This document shows, piece by piece, positions 1 through 9,307 of a stretch of 64,000 nt of DNA. Under the pieces are notes generated by a model, which had not been told where the DNA came from, ran no database searches, and saw nothing but the letters and a program-made list of their open reading frames with translations. Source of the DNA: Patescibacteria group bacterium. Its GTDB lineage: Bacteria > Patescibacteriota > Patescibacteriia > JBAZBY01. A program made the position numbers and the translations under genes. Position 1 is the first letter of the stretch, and the number at the start of each line of letters is the position of its first letter. The stretch is taken from NCBI GenBank assembly GCA_041671225.1, contig JBAZBY010000001.1:690060-754059 (forward strand). The letters are read 5' to 3'.

Positions 1-41
1 TTCATGATTGGACGACACGTATTTACGTTTATTTTTTTGCG

Positions 42-818
42 GTGGCCACACATTTCATTTTTTTTGGTCTGAATTTTTATACCATCATGACGGTTGTACT
101 GCTCTGGCTTTTTTGGATGCGCTATGGTCGCAACACGGGTTGGGAGGAGCGCGAGCGCATTCATTTTCACGCCATTAAAATTCTTTCACATACATTAGGT
201 ACGGTGATTAGTTTTTCTATTTTTGCCCTCGCCTTCGCTTATTTTGGCGTTGTTGCGCAGAATGAAGCACGGAGTATTGATGTGATCGATGCATTTTCTG
301 AGACCGCAACCACCGCAGCCGTCCTGACTCTTGAGAGCTTCGTTGAGAATTTTGATAAGGATATGACGCTTGATGCATTTTTGGATCAGTATGCCGGCGA
401 GCAGATCAAGGCATTGTTTCCCGGGGACCTTTTGCCCGCGAATTTGGAATCAATACTACAGGCTCGCGATGAGCAGCCGGACGGTGCCCCACATATACCA
501 TTAGCAGAAGAAACATTGCAGGAGTTCAGGGAAACGCTGCTTCAGAAATTTGGCATTCATGCAGAAGGCAGCGATCCGATAAGCGTAGTACTCACTGATA
601 TTGTTCGTGCGCGCATTCGCGAAGCAATCGAGCCATATCAGAAGTATGTTCCGCCCGTGCTTGCCATTTCACTTTTTCTTGCACTTTCCGCCTTTGGAGC
701 GCTTTATTTTTGGGTATCGGTTGGCATGGGCTGGTTGATGACAAAGGCACTCTTCCTGGTGCATCTCCTGAAGATCGAAGAGCGATCAAAAATCACCGAG
801 AATCTTATTATTGAATAA
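42..818 (+). CDS. hypothetical polytopic membrane protein (GTG start at 42; alternative ATG at 87)
   Basis: 258-aa ORF with hydrophobic N- and C-terminal segments; no recognisable catalytic motif; stop overlaps dnaJ start (TAATGG). Confidence 0.5.
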   Translation: MATHFIFFGLNFYTIMTVVLLWLFWMRYGRNTGWEERERIHFHAIKILSHTLGTVISFSIFALAFAYFGVVAQNEARSIDVIDAFSETATTAAVLTLESFVENFDKDMTLDAFLDQYAGEQIKALFPGDLLPANLESILQARDEQPDGAPHIPLAEETLQEFRETLLQKFGIHAEGSDPISVVLTDIVRARIREAIEPYQKYVPPVLAISLFLALSAFGALYFWVSVGMGWLMTKALFLVHLLKIEERSKITENLIIE

Positions 819-1897
819 TGGCAGAGAATCCATACGACGTTTTGGGGGTAGGCCGTTCTGCCACGCAGGATGAGATTAAGCGTGCATACCGAAAACTCGC
901 GCATCAGCACCACCCGGACAAATCAAGCGGTGATGAGCAGAAGTTCAAGGAGATCAACGCGGCATATCAAATACTCGGCAACGAGCAGAAGCGCAAGCAG
1001 TATGACCAGTTTGGAGAGTCTTTTGCCGGCGGGCAAGGACCCGGAGGAGGAGGCATGCGCTGGGAAGATTTTGCGCAGCAGGCTGGCGGACAGAATCCAT
1101 TTGGCGGGGAAGGGTTTGATATCGGCGATATCTTTGGAGATTTTTTTGGCGGCGGCAGGCAACAACAGCGTCGCAGACAGGCAGGACAAAGTCTTGAGAT
1201 GGATATGCAACTTGCATTCGAAGATGCGGTCTTTGGTGTAGAGAAAAAAATAGAGATTTCCAAGGATGCCACGTGCCCGCACTGTAAGGGCGAGAAGGCA
1301 GAGCCAGGAAGCAAGGTGATGACGTGTAAGACGTGCAATGGCAGCGGAAGCGTTCAGCGCGTCCAGCGGACGATTCTTGGCGCTATTCGAACATCACAAA
1401 TATGCCCAACCTGCGGCGGGGAAGGCAAGGAACGCGAGAAGAATTGCAAAGAATGCGGTGGTCGCGGTGTCACCAAACAAAAGCAAAAGATAACCGTTTC
1501 TGTGCCGGCCGGTATTGATGATGGTCAGTTATTGCGCGTGCCGGGCCACGGAGCGATGGGCGAGAGCGGTGTTGCCGGGGATCTGTTTATTACGGTGCAT
1601 GTTGAACCGCACCCGCATATTCTCCGCGAGGGGAATGACCTTTTTTCAGAGCTTGTGGTGAGCTTCCCTGATGCGGCGCTTGGCGTAACGGCGACCGTTG
1701 AAACAATTGATGGGAAAAAGGATATTAAGATCCCTTCTGGTGTGCAGAACGGACAGCGTTTGCGCATGAAGGGGCATGGCATTGGCGAGAAAGGCGGAAA
1801 TCGCGGCGATCATTATGTCATTATTCGCGTTGAAACCCCGCAAAAACTTTCACGCAAGGAGAAGAAGCTTTACGAAGACCTTCGGGATAACTCCTGA
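818..1897 (+). CDS. dnaJ: molecular chaperone DnaJ
   Basis: J-domain 'YDVLGV...HPDK'; Gly/Phe-rich linker; four CxxCxGxG zinc-finger repeats (CPHCKGEK, CKTCNGSG, CPTCGGEG, CKECGGRG); C-terminal substrate-binding domain. Confidence 0.92.
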   Translation: MAENPYDVLGVGRSATQDEIKRAYRKLAHQHHPDKSSGDEQKFKEINAAYQILGNEQKRKQYDQFGESFAGGQGPGGGGMRWEDFAQQAGGQNPFGGEGFDIGDIFGDFFGGGRQQQRRRQAGQSLEMDMQLAFEDAVFGVEKKIEISKDATCPHCKGEKAEPGSKVMTCKTCNGSGSVQRVQRTILGAIRTSQICPTCGGEGKEREKNCKECGGRGVTKQKQKITVSVPAGIDDGQLLRVPGHGAMGESGVAGDLFITVHVEPHPHILREGNDLFSELVVSFPDAALGVTATVETIDGKKDIKIPSGVQNGQRLRMKGHGIGEKGGNRGDHYVIIRVETPQKLSRKEKKLYEDLRDNS

Positions 1898-1950
1898 TTG
1901 CGGTCTGTACCATTTTATGGTATATTCTTCGTAGAAGAAAAAAAGAAAAC

Positions 1951-2550
1951 ATGTTTTCACTACTCCAAGTGAGTACCATTGTGAATACGGCAAGTGATGC
2001 TGCAAACGGCGCAGGGAATTTTGTTACAAACGTCGATTGGAGCACGCCAACATGGGACATGTTCATTGTCCTGTTTTTTGTTCTTGCCGGGTTTCTTTAT
2101 GGTCTCTCGCTCGGGCGGGATCGGATCATCGTTATTCTTGTCTCAATATACATGGCGCTTGCCGTGGTAACGACCGCGCCATACATCGGAACGGTTGCCG
2201 CGGATGTGGGTATTGATCAGATTTTCGTCATCCGCATATCCACCTTTGTGACAACGTTCATCGTACTTTTCTTATTGCTTTCACGCTCTGCGCTCCTGCG
2301 CACCGTTGCCGCAAATGCAGAAAACAAAGGCGGGTTCTGGCATGTGATGCTTTTCAGTTTTTTGCATGTGGGATTACTGATATCCATTACGCTCTCCTTT
2401 CTGCCCAAAGAAGCGGCTGAGACGCTTGCGCCGTTGACACAGCAGATGTTCGCAACGGATACGGCGCGTTTTCTTTGGATCGTTCTTCCGATCCTTGCGA
2501 TGGTCTTTATCCGTACGGACGGAGACAAGAAATACAAATACGACCTCTAA
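1951..2550 (+). CDS. integral membrane protein, possibly CvpA-like
   Basis: 199 aa, 4-5 predicted TM helices; weak resemblance to CvpA family; no decisive motif. Confidence 0.45.
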   Translation: MFSLLQVSTIVNTASDAANGAGNFVTNVDWSTPTWDMFIVLFFVLAGFLYGLSLGRDRIIVILVSIYMALAVVTTAPYIGTVAADVGIDQIFVIRISTFVTTFIVLFLLLSRSALLRTVAANAENKGGFWHVMLFSFLHVGLLISITLSFLPKEAAETLAPLTQQMFATDTARFLWIVLPILAMVFIRTDGDKKYKYDL

Positions 2551-2596
2551 ACAGAGGTCACGTTGCATACGCGCCACCCGTAAGCCCTGCCTGCGA

Positions 2597-3583
2597 TCAC
2601 GCGGCAGTTTTGTGCTTCATGATTCTTGCTATGTCCTGCAGCGACTCGACGCGAACAAGTTCTTTGCGCAACTGCGATGCGCCGGGAAATCCATGCACAT
2701 ACCATGCAAGGTGCTTGCGTAGTTCCAGAATGCCCCAATGCCCCTTTGCTGCCTCTGCAAGTTCTGCGTGACGCAGCGCAGTGGCGGTAATATCTTCCCA
2801 GCTTGGTTCCGTATAGGCGCCTGTTGCAAGGTAGTCTTTGATTTGCTGGAAGATCCATGGGCGGCCTTGCGCGCCGCGCGCAGGGGCAACACCATCCGCG
2901 CCGGTTGCTTCTAACATTTCTTTTGCGTGTTCTGGTGTGAGGATGCCGCCGTTGGCGATCACAATGCCATCAAAGCGTTCTTTGACCTCGCGGATCATTG
3001 CTGCATCAATCTCGCCGCTATGGCCCTGCTCAAAAGACCGTCCGTGTATCATGATGGCCGCGACCGGCACATCGGCAATAGCTGCCACTAAATCAAGCGC
3101 GGTGTACCATTCCTGAACATCAGGGGCGATTTCTGCGCGTTCTTTGCGAATTTTACTCCGCACCTTGATGGAGACAGGAATATCAATCTCATCAACAATA
3201 CGCGCAATAAGGTCGCGGGCAAACCGCGGATTGCGGAGCAGCGCAACACCCGATCCGGCATTCACGACTTTTCGCGCAGGGCAACCGAAATTAATATCAA
3301 TACCTGCAAAACCGCGTTTTTGAATTTCTCGAGCCGCCACCGCGAACATTGCGAGGTCGCGGCCAAAAATTTGGCAGATAACCGGTTGTTCGCTCGGGTC
3401 AAACATCATCTTCTCATGCGCGCGGCGCGCATCATGCCCGATTGCGTCAGACGAGATGAATTCTGTGTAGAGCACATCAGCGCCGTGCTCCTTGCAGAGC
3501 TGGCGAAACGCCGTATCGGTCACGCCTTCCATTGGGGCAAGCGCGATGATCGGTTTATGAAGTTCCTTCCAAAAATTATTCAA
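2597..3583 (-). CDS. dus: tRNA-dihydrouridine synthase (Dus family), TTG start
   Basis: 'IALAPMEGVTD', 'QIFG', 'IDINFGCP' motifs of Dus TIM-barrel flavoenzymes; 328 aa. Confidence 0.85.
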   Translation of the reverse strand: MNNFWKELHKPIIALAPMEGVTDTAFRQLCKEHGADVLYTEFISSDAIGHDARRAHEKMMFDPSEQPVICQIFGRDLAMFAVAAREIQKRGFAGIDINFGCPARKVVNAGSGVALLRNPRFARDLIARIVDEIDIPVSIKVRSKIRKERAEIAPDVQEWYTALDLVAAIADVPVAAIMIHGRSFEQGHSGEIDAAMIREVKERFDGIVIANGGILTPEHAKEMLEATGADGVAPARGAQGRPWIFQQIKDYLATGAYTEPSWEDITATALRHAELAEAAKGHWGILELRKHLAWYVHGFPGASQLRKELVRVESLQDIARIMKHKTAA

Positions 3584-3654
3584 AGATTCGTAGTAATGAA
3601 TAATGGTAAACTACGCGACCACTGTTATCTCATATTATTCCTGAAGGTGCAACT

Positions 3655-3715
3655 GCCGCACGAAGAAAAAACTCGCGGAGACGCGCGGGCTTGGTCCCGC
3701 TCAGCGGGCCGCGCG
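3655..3715 (-). terminator. nested GC-rich hairpin followed by a U-run downstream of cysS
   Basis: minus strand reads ggcgcgcggcccgctgagcgggaccaagcccgcgcgtctccgcgagtttttt, 3' of the cysS stop. Confidence 0.35.
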
Positions 3716-3790
3716 CCGAGCGAGTAGTGGTGCCGCCGACCGCTGGAGTTGGCGGACACCCGGTTTTTCTGAGTGTGGTGGTTGCACCTT

Positions 3791-5173
3791 CTATCCTCGC
3801 AGCAAGCGAGGGCCGTCTGGCGTGTCTTCGATGATGAATCCTGCTTTGCTGATTGCGTCGCGCAGCGCGTCTGACTTCGCAAAATCCTTCGCCACGCGCG
3901 CATCTTCACGCTTTTTGAGAAGCTCGTGCACCTCCTGCGGGATGACAACCGTTGGTTGTTGCGCGCGCGCCGCAAGGCCGAGACTTAAAAGCTCATCCAT
4001 AACCAGCGCGCTGTGTCGCTTTGCACTGTCCGGGTGATCAGATTTCAAAAGTTCCCAGAGCACCGCAAGCGCCTGCGGAGTGTTCAGATCATCATTCATC
4101 GCATCCTTGAAGCGCTGTTCAAATTCAGCGCAGCCTGTTTTTCCTTCGCCATTGAGCCGAGAAAACGTCGTGATCAGTTTGTGATATGCGGCTTGCGCGC
4201 CATCCATTCCCTCCCATGAGAAGGTAAGTTTTTGGCGATAATGCGCGGAGAGAACAAAGTAACGGTAGGCAAGGGGATCGTAGCCCTTCTCCTTCAGCGT
4301 TTCGAGCGTCAGGGTGTTTCCCTCAGACTTGCCCATACGACCACTGTCCACCACAAGGAATTCATTATGCATCCAAAAGCGCGCCTCTTGCGTGCCATAT
4401 GCCGCTTGCGATTGCGCGATTTCATTTGGGTGATGAAGAGAAGCATGATCTACGCCGCCCGTATGGATGTCCGCAAGGTTCCCAAGATACTTCGCCGACA
4501 TGGCCGTACATTCAAGGTGCCAGCCGGGGAATCCTTTTCCCCACGGTGAATTCCATTCCATTTGGCGCTGCTCGTTTTTTTGAGAGAATTTCCACAGTGC
4601 AAAATCGCTTGGGTGCTTTTTCTCCGGATTTTTCTCAACGCGCGCACCTTCTTCCATCCCTGCTACGTTTGCAACGCCAAGGGCAGGGTAGTCTGCAATT
4701 CGGCTCGTATCCAGATAGATACCGTCGCTCGTTTGATAGGTAAAGCCCTGTTCCTCAATACGCGTAACTAACGCGATCTGTTCTTCAATATGATCCGTTG
4801 CTTTTGCCCAGATATCCGGCGCAGCAATATGCAGGTCAGCAAGATTCTCCTTGAAGACGCCCGTAAAGTGTTCGGCGAGCTCCCAGGCATTTTTTCCTGT
4901 TTCTCGCGCGGCTTTCTCCATTTTGTCTTCACCATCATCCGCGTCACTCACAAGATGACCCACATCAGTAAGATTCATGACGTGCTGCATCTTCCATCCT
5001 TGAGCGAGCAGCGTTTTGCGCAAAAGATCAACAAAGATGTATGCGCGAAGATTCCCGATATGTGGCTCCGAATAGACCGTTGGTCCGCAAGAATACATGC
5101 GTACGGTGTTTTCGCGCATTGGTTGGAATTCCTCCTTTGCGCGATGGAGGGTATTGAAAAGCATTAACGGCAT
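3791..5173 (-). CDS. cysS: cysteine--tRNA ligase
   Basis: class I HIGH motif 'PHIGN', KMSKS-like 'GRMGKSEGN', 'YSCGPTVY' N-terminus. The ORF track extends to 5245, but alignment to CysRS N-termini ('MLFNTL..KEEF') favours the ATG at 5173 (or 5164). Confidence 0.9.
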   Translation of the reverse strand: MPLMLFNTLHRAKEEFQPMRENTVRMYSCGPTVYSEPHIGNLRAYIFVDLLRKTLLAQGWKMQHVMNLTDVGHLVSDADDGEDKMEKAARETGKNAWELAEHFTGVFKENLADLHIAAPDIWAKATDHIEEQIALVTRIEEQGFTYQTSDGIYLDTSRIADYPALGVANVAGMEEGARVEKNPEKKHPSDFALWKFSQKNEQRQMEWNSPWGKGFPGWHLECTAMSAKYLGNLADIHTGGVDHASLHHPNEIAQSQAAYGTQEARFWMHNEFLVVDSGRMGKSEGNTLTLETLKEKGYDPLAYRYFVLSAHYRQKLTFSWEGMDGAQAAYHKLITTFSRLNGEGKTGCAEFEQRFKDAMNDDLNTPQALAVLWELLKSDHPDSAKRHSALVMDELLSLGLAARAQQPTVVIPQEVHELLKKREDARVAKDFAKSDALRDAISKAGFIIEDTPDGPRLLRG

Positions 5174-5184
5174 ATATCTATTGT

Positions 5185-5228
5185 AAAGAAAAACCCCGTG
5201 CCAGGGAAGGTCATACCCCAGCACGGGG
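5185..5228 (-). terminator. hairpin ccccgtgc/gcacgggg followed by TTTTTCTTT about 12 nt before the cysS start
   Basis: read directly on the minus strand; the position immediately upstream of cysS suggests a leader/attenuator rather than a simple terminator. Confidence 0.4.
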
Positions 5229-5330
5229 CGTCCCGCATCTCCCAAGCAGGGAGGTGACGGGATTGCGAGAGAAGTCTCTGCAGAGCCTCTCCTTCGTAGA
5301 AAAAGGAAGAGGTGCGGGATGAACCGGACC

Positions 5331-5471
5331 TTAGACCTGGAGATTCCAGGCCCAGAGGGTAACCCCCCAGAGATAGGAGAAGGTGACGAGCACGGCGCTC
5401 AATATCACCCCGTGCATGACTTCCACGAGCATTGGTTCGGCTTGTGCCTGAACCGGCGCGTGGACATCCAT
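5331..5471 (-). CDS. small hydrophobic peptide (46 aa, one predicted TM helix)
   Basis: ATG preceded by AGGAGGG at optimal spacing; MDVHAPVQAQAEPMLVEVMHGVILSAVLVTFSYLWGVTLWAWNLQV; below the ORF-track length cutoff; lies in the cysS leader region. Confidence 0.3.
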   Translation of the reverse strand: MDVHAPVQAQAEPMLVEVMHGVILSAVLVTFSYLWGVTLWAWNLQV

Positions 5472-5695
5472 GCCCTCCTGTGTAGGCGCGTCTTGCATAC
5501 GCATGTTAGTTTATTTTTGTTTTTTAAACCCGAGAGTCTTTTTTCTCTTCGAGCTTTTGCCCTGTACCGGAGCCTTACGGCGACTGGTGCTGGGCGGTCG
5601 ACCTTTTAATGAACAAACCTTCAGCCAGAGGCTGATCCGCCTTGGGCGGAGGTTGGGCTTGCCCCGTACTGCTTCAGATGAAAAACGGTACGGCG

Positions 5696-6667
5696 CTAGC
5701 CAATCGTTGGCGCTGGCACGTCGGTGGGCACGTCGGTACTTGGAAGCGAGCGGACGTCTTCTGCCCACTGCTTGATGATTGATTCTACATCTCCCTTCAT
5801 CACTGCCACATCTTTTCCCGCGTACGCTTCAGGGTGTTCAATAGAATGCAGACGGACCTTTGCGGCCGCTTCATCAATGACGTCGATCGCCTTGTCGGGG
5901 AAGTGGCGATCAAGCAAGTATTGTTCTGCAAGAAGAACCGCGGCGTTAATCGCTTCGTCGTCAATGCGCAGATGGTGGTGTTCTTCGTAGCGTGGACGCA
6001 AGCCCCGCAGGATGCTGACCGTCTCTTCTGGCGTTGGTTCGCGGACAAAGATCGGCTGGAAACGACGCTCAAGGGTTTTGTCGTTGCGGATCTTTTCATA
6101 CTCCTCGCGCGTTGTTGCGCCAATAGCCTGGAGCTCGCCGCGGGCGAGTGCAGGTTTGAGAATATCAGATGCGTCAATGGCGCCAGTTGCCTCGCCGGCT
6201 TCTGCCAGCGTGTGAAGTTCATCAATGAACAAAATAATTGATCGCTTTGCCGCAACGATCTCGTTGATGATTCCCGTCAGACGCTTTTCAAATTCACCGC
6301 GATATTTTGTCCCGGCAACGAGCCCGGAGAGATCCAGCGCCAGCACGCGTTTTTCCTTGAGCGGACCGGGAACTTCGCCGCGCGCAATCGCATTGGCAAG
6401 CCCTTCAACAATCGCCGTCTTGCCCACGCCGGAGTCGCCGATGAGCACCGGATTGTTCTTTGTGCGCCGGGAAAGGATTTGAATAACGCGATCGATCTCT
6501 TCTGAGCGGCCGATGACGGGGTCAAGCAAACCCTGCGTTGCAAGAGCGGTAAGATTCTTGGAGTAGATATCCAGTGTTGATGTTTTTGCCGTGGTCGTTT
6601 GACTTCGCTGATACATAAAAACCACCAGCATGATCAGCACGGCAGCAATGAGGAGTGTATAGAGCAT
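5696..6667 (-). CDS. membrane-anchored AAA+ ATPase related to the D1 domain of ClpA/ClpB/ClpC
   Basis: N-terminal TM helix, then '[40 protein letters not shown]' (Walker A), 'ILFIDELH' (Walker B), sensor/arginine-finger region; no Clp_N domain, no D2 domain, 323 aa. Confidence 0.75.
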   Translation of the reverse strand: MLYTLLIAAVLIMLVVFMYQRSQTTTAKTSTLDIYSKNLTALATQGLLDPVIGRSEEIDRVIQILSRRTKNNPVLIGDSGVGKTAIVEGLANAIARGEVPGPLKEKRVLALDLSGLVAGTKYRGEFEKRLTGIINEIVAAKRSIILFIDELHTLAEAGEATGAIDASDILKPALARGELQAIGATTREEYEKIRNDKTLERRFQPIFVREPTPEETVSILRGLRPRYEEHHHLRIDDEAINAAVLLAEQYLLDRHFPDKAIDVIDEAAAKVRLHSIEHPEAYAGKDVAVMKGDVESIIKQWAEDVRSLPSTDVPTDVPAPTIG

Positions 6668-6719
6668 ACAGGGTGAGTGGGTTTTATTTTCTTTTTCTTT
6701 TTTTCCTGACCAGCACTAA

Positions 6720-6974
6720 CTATTGTAGCGGCGCATCCGGAGTGGTAAAGCTGAAGGTAGGAACATCTCCTGTCTGTTCTAATGCGTTCTCTGCGGAGGA
6801 TGTTGTCGCTGCGCCTGAGTTTGCCGCGCTCGAACCAGTGAAGGTCCAGATGGCTGTTGCAACAACTGAAAGCAAAACAAGCACGGCTGTTGCAATGGTA
6901 TATCCTAATGAAATCTTTGTACCGAGGGAAACCTTTGTACTCGTTTCCACTTCAGTTTGTGGATTTTTTGGCAT
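6720..6974 (-). CDS. small membrane protein (84 aa from the ATG; the ORF-track TTG at 7007 is probably too close to the promoter)
   Basis: one TM helix plus Ser/Thr/Ala-rich tail; sits between a strong promoter and the AAA+ gene; no SD sequence. Confidence 0.3.
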   Translation of the reverse strand: MPKNPQTEVETSTKVSLGTKISLGYTIATAVLVLLSVVATAIWTFTGSSAANSGAATTSSAENALEQTGDVPTFSFTTPDAPLQ

Positions 6975-7009
6975 AAGGGTATGCAAAATACTAAGCGCCG
7001 TATGCAAAC

Positions 7010-7038
7010 ATCATACCATAGTTTTGCGACTTTTGCAA
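7010..7038 (-). promoter_or_regulatory. sigma70-like promoter: -35 TTGCAA, 17-nt spacer, extended -10 TGgTATGAT
   Basis: minus-strand read cttgcaaaagtcgcaaaactatggtatgat; would drive the small ORF and the AAA+ gene. Confidence 0.4.
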
Positions 7039-7129
7039 GCAGTGGTCATCCTGAGCCTGCCTGCCCGCCGAAGCGTAGCGTAGGAGGGTCAAAGGATGAT
7101 AGGGCAGTGGACACGACAAAAGACAGATT

Positions 7130-7154
7130 GTCACTCCCGCGTAGGCGGGAGTCC
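7130..7154. repeat. REP-like palindromic element copy A1 (GTCACTCCCGCGTAGGCGGGAGTCC)
   Basis: 7-bp GC stem with GTAG loop; member of a family also found at 9867-9980. Confidence 0.6.
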
Positions 7155-7180
7155 TTGCCTGTTGCCTTAGTGGATTTCGG

Positions 7181-7216
7181 GTCTCCTCCGCCGGAGGCGG
7201 ACTTGCCCGGAATGAC
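7181..7216. repeat. REP-like element copy A2 (degenerate; reverse complement GTCATTCCGGGCAAGTCCGCCTCCGGCGGAGGAGAC)
   Basis: shares the GTCATTCC head and a CCGCC/GGCGG hairpin. Confidence 0.45.
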
Positions 7217-7316
7217 AGCAACAATAAAAAAAGCGCCGGCACCACAAGTGGGTGTCGGCGCGGAAGGTTCGAGCTTTCGCGAAGGGCATTTGCCTTCGCG
7301 TCAGCCACGAAAGTTT

Positions 7317-8741
7317 CTAGCGGACGCGGAACGGAGAGTCCACGATCCGCTGCGGATTCCCAGTCAGGCTGACCGGGATGGTCTTGACGCGGGCATCGGC
7401 GTGGAAGAATCCGCGCCCCCGGTGATTCTTGGGAGAGTCATCGAGGTAGCGAACCTCAACGCCATACTTGGCGAATCGGTCCACCTTGTAGCTCACCGCG
7501 TAACCCGGTGCGACGATGGTTTCGTCGCTCGGGTCCACGTACTGGGAGCCCTTGGCTCCCCAGACGACGAGTCGAGCGATATAGGTCTCGCTCGAGGTGT
7601 TCACCGCCTCAATGAAGAGGGGTTCAACAACACCATCGATCTGGGATGAGCGCGACGCTACCTGACGACGGGCGGGATGAGTCCGCCGCGTTTGAGTCCG
7701 CGGCGTGAAGTTCGAGGAAGGTTCCTCGTACTTCTGTCCCTGGTCGAGTTCGCGCTCAAGGTGAGCGTTCTCGCTGATGGCTTCGAGGCTGTCGGGCTCG
7801 ACAGCAACGAGGAGAGAGTCATCCGCTTCGATCACCACCGGAGGTTCGGTCGCCTTGCTGACACTACCCAGTGTCAGCGTGACCGAGCCTTTGGAAGGCG
7901 CGAGTTGCGCCTCCAAGGAGAGGACCACCCGATTGAGTCGGGCAATCTCGCTCGCGTTCGCGTGTGCCAGCGCGGAGTCGCGCTGGGCAGCGGCCGTGTT
8001 AAGATCCTGCCGGAGCAGGTCTTTCTTGGCGGCCGCCTCACTCGTGTGAGCTGCCGTAACAGGAGCCTTCTCCTTTGTCACGGCGATCTCCGCTTGGAGT
8101 GAGTCAATCTGCGCCTGCAGATTGGCGACGATTGTGGAGTCGGAAGCCGAAGCTTCCAATTCCGTCACGACGACCAGGGAGTCCGCCGGCTCCACGACTG
8201 TGGAGTCGGTAGCGGCCATGTCCGAGGACATGTCCGCATTGAGGATTTCCTCCTCCGCCGGGGCTTCATCGACCAGCGAGTAGTAGTCCTCGCTGCTCTC
8301 CCAGAACCGAAGCCCCGGGAAGAAAAGGAACGACGCCGCCGCCGCCGTGAGGAGCAGAATTGCTCCCAGGGCGACGAGCGGAGCCTTCCTGCTGCGCTTT
8401 CTGGGCGCAGCCGGCTCCTCGTCGTCCGTCTCGGGCTCTTCGTCGGTCTCGGATTCGGGCTCGTAGTCGTCCGTCGGCAGGGCCGGCGGTTCGACAGACT
8501 CAGGTTCGGAGGCGGGCGTCTCGGGTTCGGGGATGGGCTCGGGATCCGGGGCAAACACGTTGCCCTCGGCGTCGATGTACCCGTCCTCGATGAGAGCTGC
8601 GAACGCCTTGTCCGCGCTCTCATCCGAAATTTGGAACTCGTGGGCTTCGAGCGCCCACGTGATGATCGTCTGAACACTGACCTGGGCCTGGGTTCGCACC
8701 CAAGCGATCAGCATCCCAAACGTGAGTTTCTCCTCTGACAT
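7317..8741 (-). CDS. hypothetical bitopic membrane protein: small N-terminal cytoplasmic domain, acidic Pro/Glu linker, one TM helix, coiled-coil-rich extracytoplasmic region, C-terminal globular domain
   Basis: 474-aa ORF with AGGAGAATACG-ATG ribosome-binding site; GC-rich; architecture resembles anti-sigma or tethering proteins but no diagnostic motif. Confidence 0.6.
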   Translation of the reverse strand: MSEEKLTFGMLIAWVRTQAQVSVQTIITWALEAHEFQISDESADKAFAALIEDGYIDAEGNVFAPDPEPIPEPETPASEPESVEPPALPTDDYEPESETDEEPETDDEEPAAPRKRSRKAPLVALGAILLLTAAAASFLFFPGLRFWESSEDYYSLVDEAPAEEEILNADMSSDMAATDSTVVEPADSLVVVTELEASASDSTIVANLQAQIDSLQAEIAVTKEKAPVTAAHTSEAAAKKDLLRQDLNTAAAQRDSALAHANASEIARLNRVVLSLEAQLAPSKGSVTLTLGSVSKATEPPVVIEADDSLLVAVEPDSLEAISENAHLERELDQGQKYEEPSSNFTPRTQTRRTHPARRQVASRSSQIDGVVEPLFIEAVNTSSETYIARLVVWGAKGSQYVDPSDETIVAPGYAVSYKVDRFAKYGVEVRYLDDSPKNHRGRGFFHADARVKTIPVSLTGNPQRIVDSPFRVR

Positions 8742-8839
8742 CGTATTCTCCTATCTTGGGGTTCTTGGCGGCACAGAGAAAAAAGGAGGGGACCACGCGG
8801 CACGAATGCAGCGCAGCCCCCTCAGGAACGAGCCGAGGA

Positions 8840-9307
8840 TCACTCCTCGGTAAGGTCGATGGTGGGGACCTCAACCCAGGTACTATCCGACGAATCGGCT
8901 AGCGAGTTGATTCCCAAGGAACCTGCGTAGGCCGGGTCCAGCTTGTAGACCTTCCCATCATGTCCCAGCTTGTAGCGCGGGTTAGGCGCTCCATCCGGAA
9001 CGTCGACGGTAAACTGCTTCCAGTATCCGGCGCGGTCTTTTCCGACGCGCCAGAGTTTCACAGGGAACTCACCCTGTCCCGGAAGCGGGACGAAGATCAC
9101 ACGGCCGGAGTAGCAGTAGGGCATGTTGTCCCCACTGTACCACCCGTCGGTGTTTCCAACCTTCATTTCCACCGACCACTCATACTCGTTGCCGAAATCG
9201 AAGCCGTAGTCTCCCCAACCCACAGGGCCGAGGATTCTTTCACAGCCGGTCGCCCCCAGGAGGAGCGACAGAAGAGCTACCATCAGAATCAGAGATTTGG
9301 TTTTCAA
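8840..9307 (-). CDS. putative lipoprotein / exported protein (TTG start)
   Basis: signal peptide 'LILMVALLSLLLGATGC', then a Trp/Tyr/Gly-rich domain. Confidence 0.55.
   Translation of the reverse strand: MKTKSLILMVALLSLLLGATGCERILGPVGWGDYGFDFGNEYEWSVEMKVGNTDGWYSGDNMPYCYSGRVIFVPLPGQGEFPVKLWRVGKDRAGYWKQFTVDVPDGAPNPRYKLGHDGKVYKLDPAYAGSLGINSLADSSDSTWVEVPTIDLTEE

Noticed and set aside
5246-5695. tmRNA, SRP RNA or 6S RNA in the long cysS upstream region
   Set aside because: No tmRNA tRNA-like ends (GGGG..., ...CCACCA with T-arm), no SRP domain IV GGAAGGAAGCAGC motif and no T-box AGGGUGGNACCGCG could be found by eye. Left as an unexplained leader in the findings.
7677-8677. Overlapping ORFs 7677-8102 (+), 7777-8049 (+), 8165-8677 (-), 8360-8593 (+) inside the 7317-8741 gene
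   Set aside because: GC-rich region. These are alternative frames of a single 474-aa gene that has an SD sequence and a coherent domain architecture.
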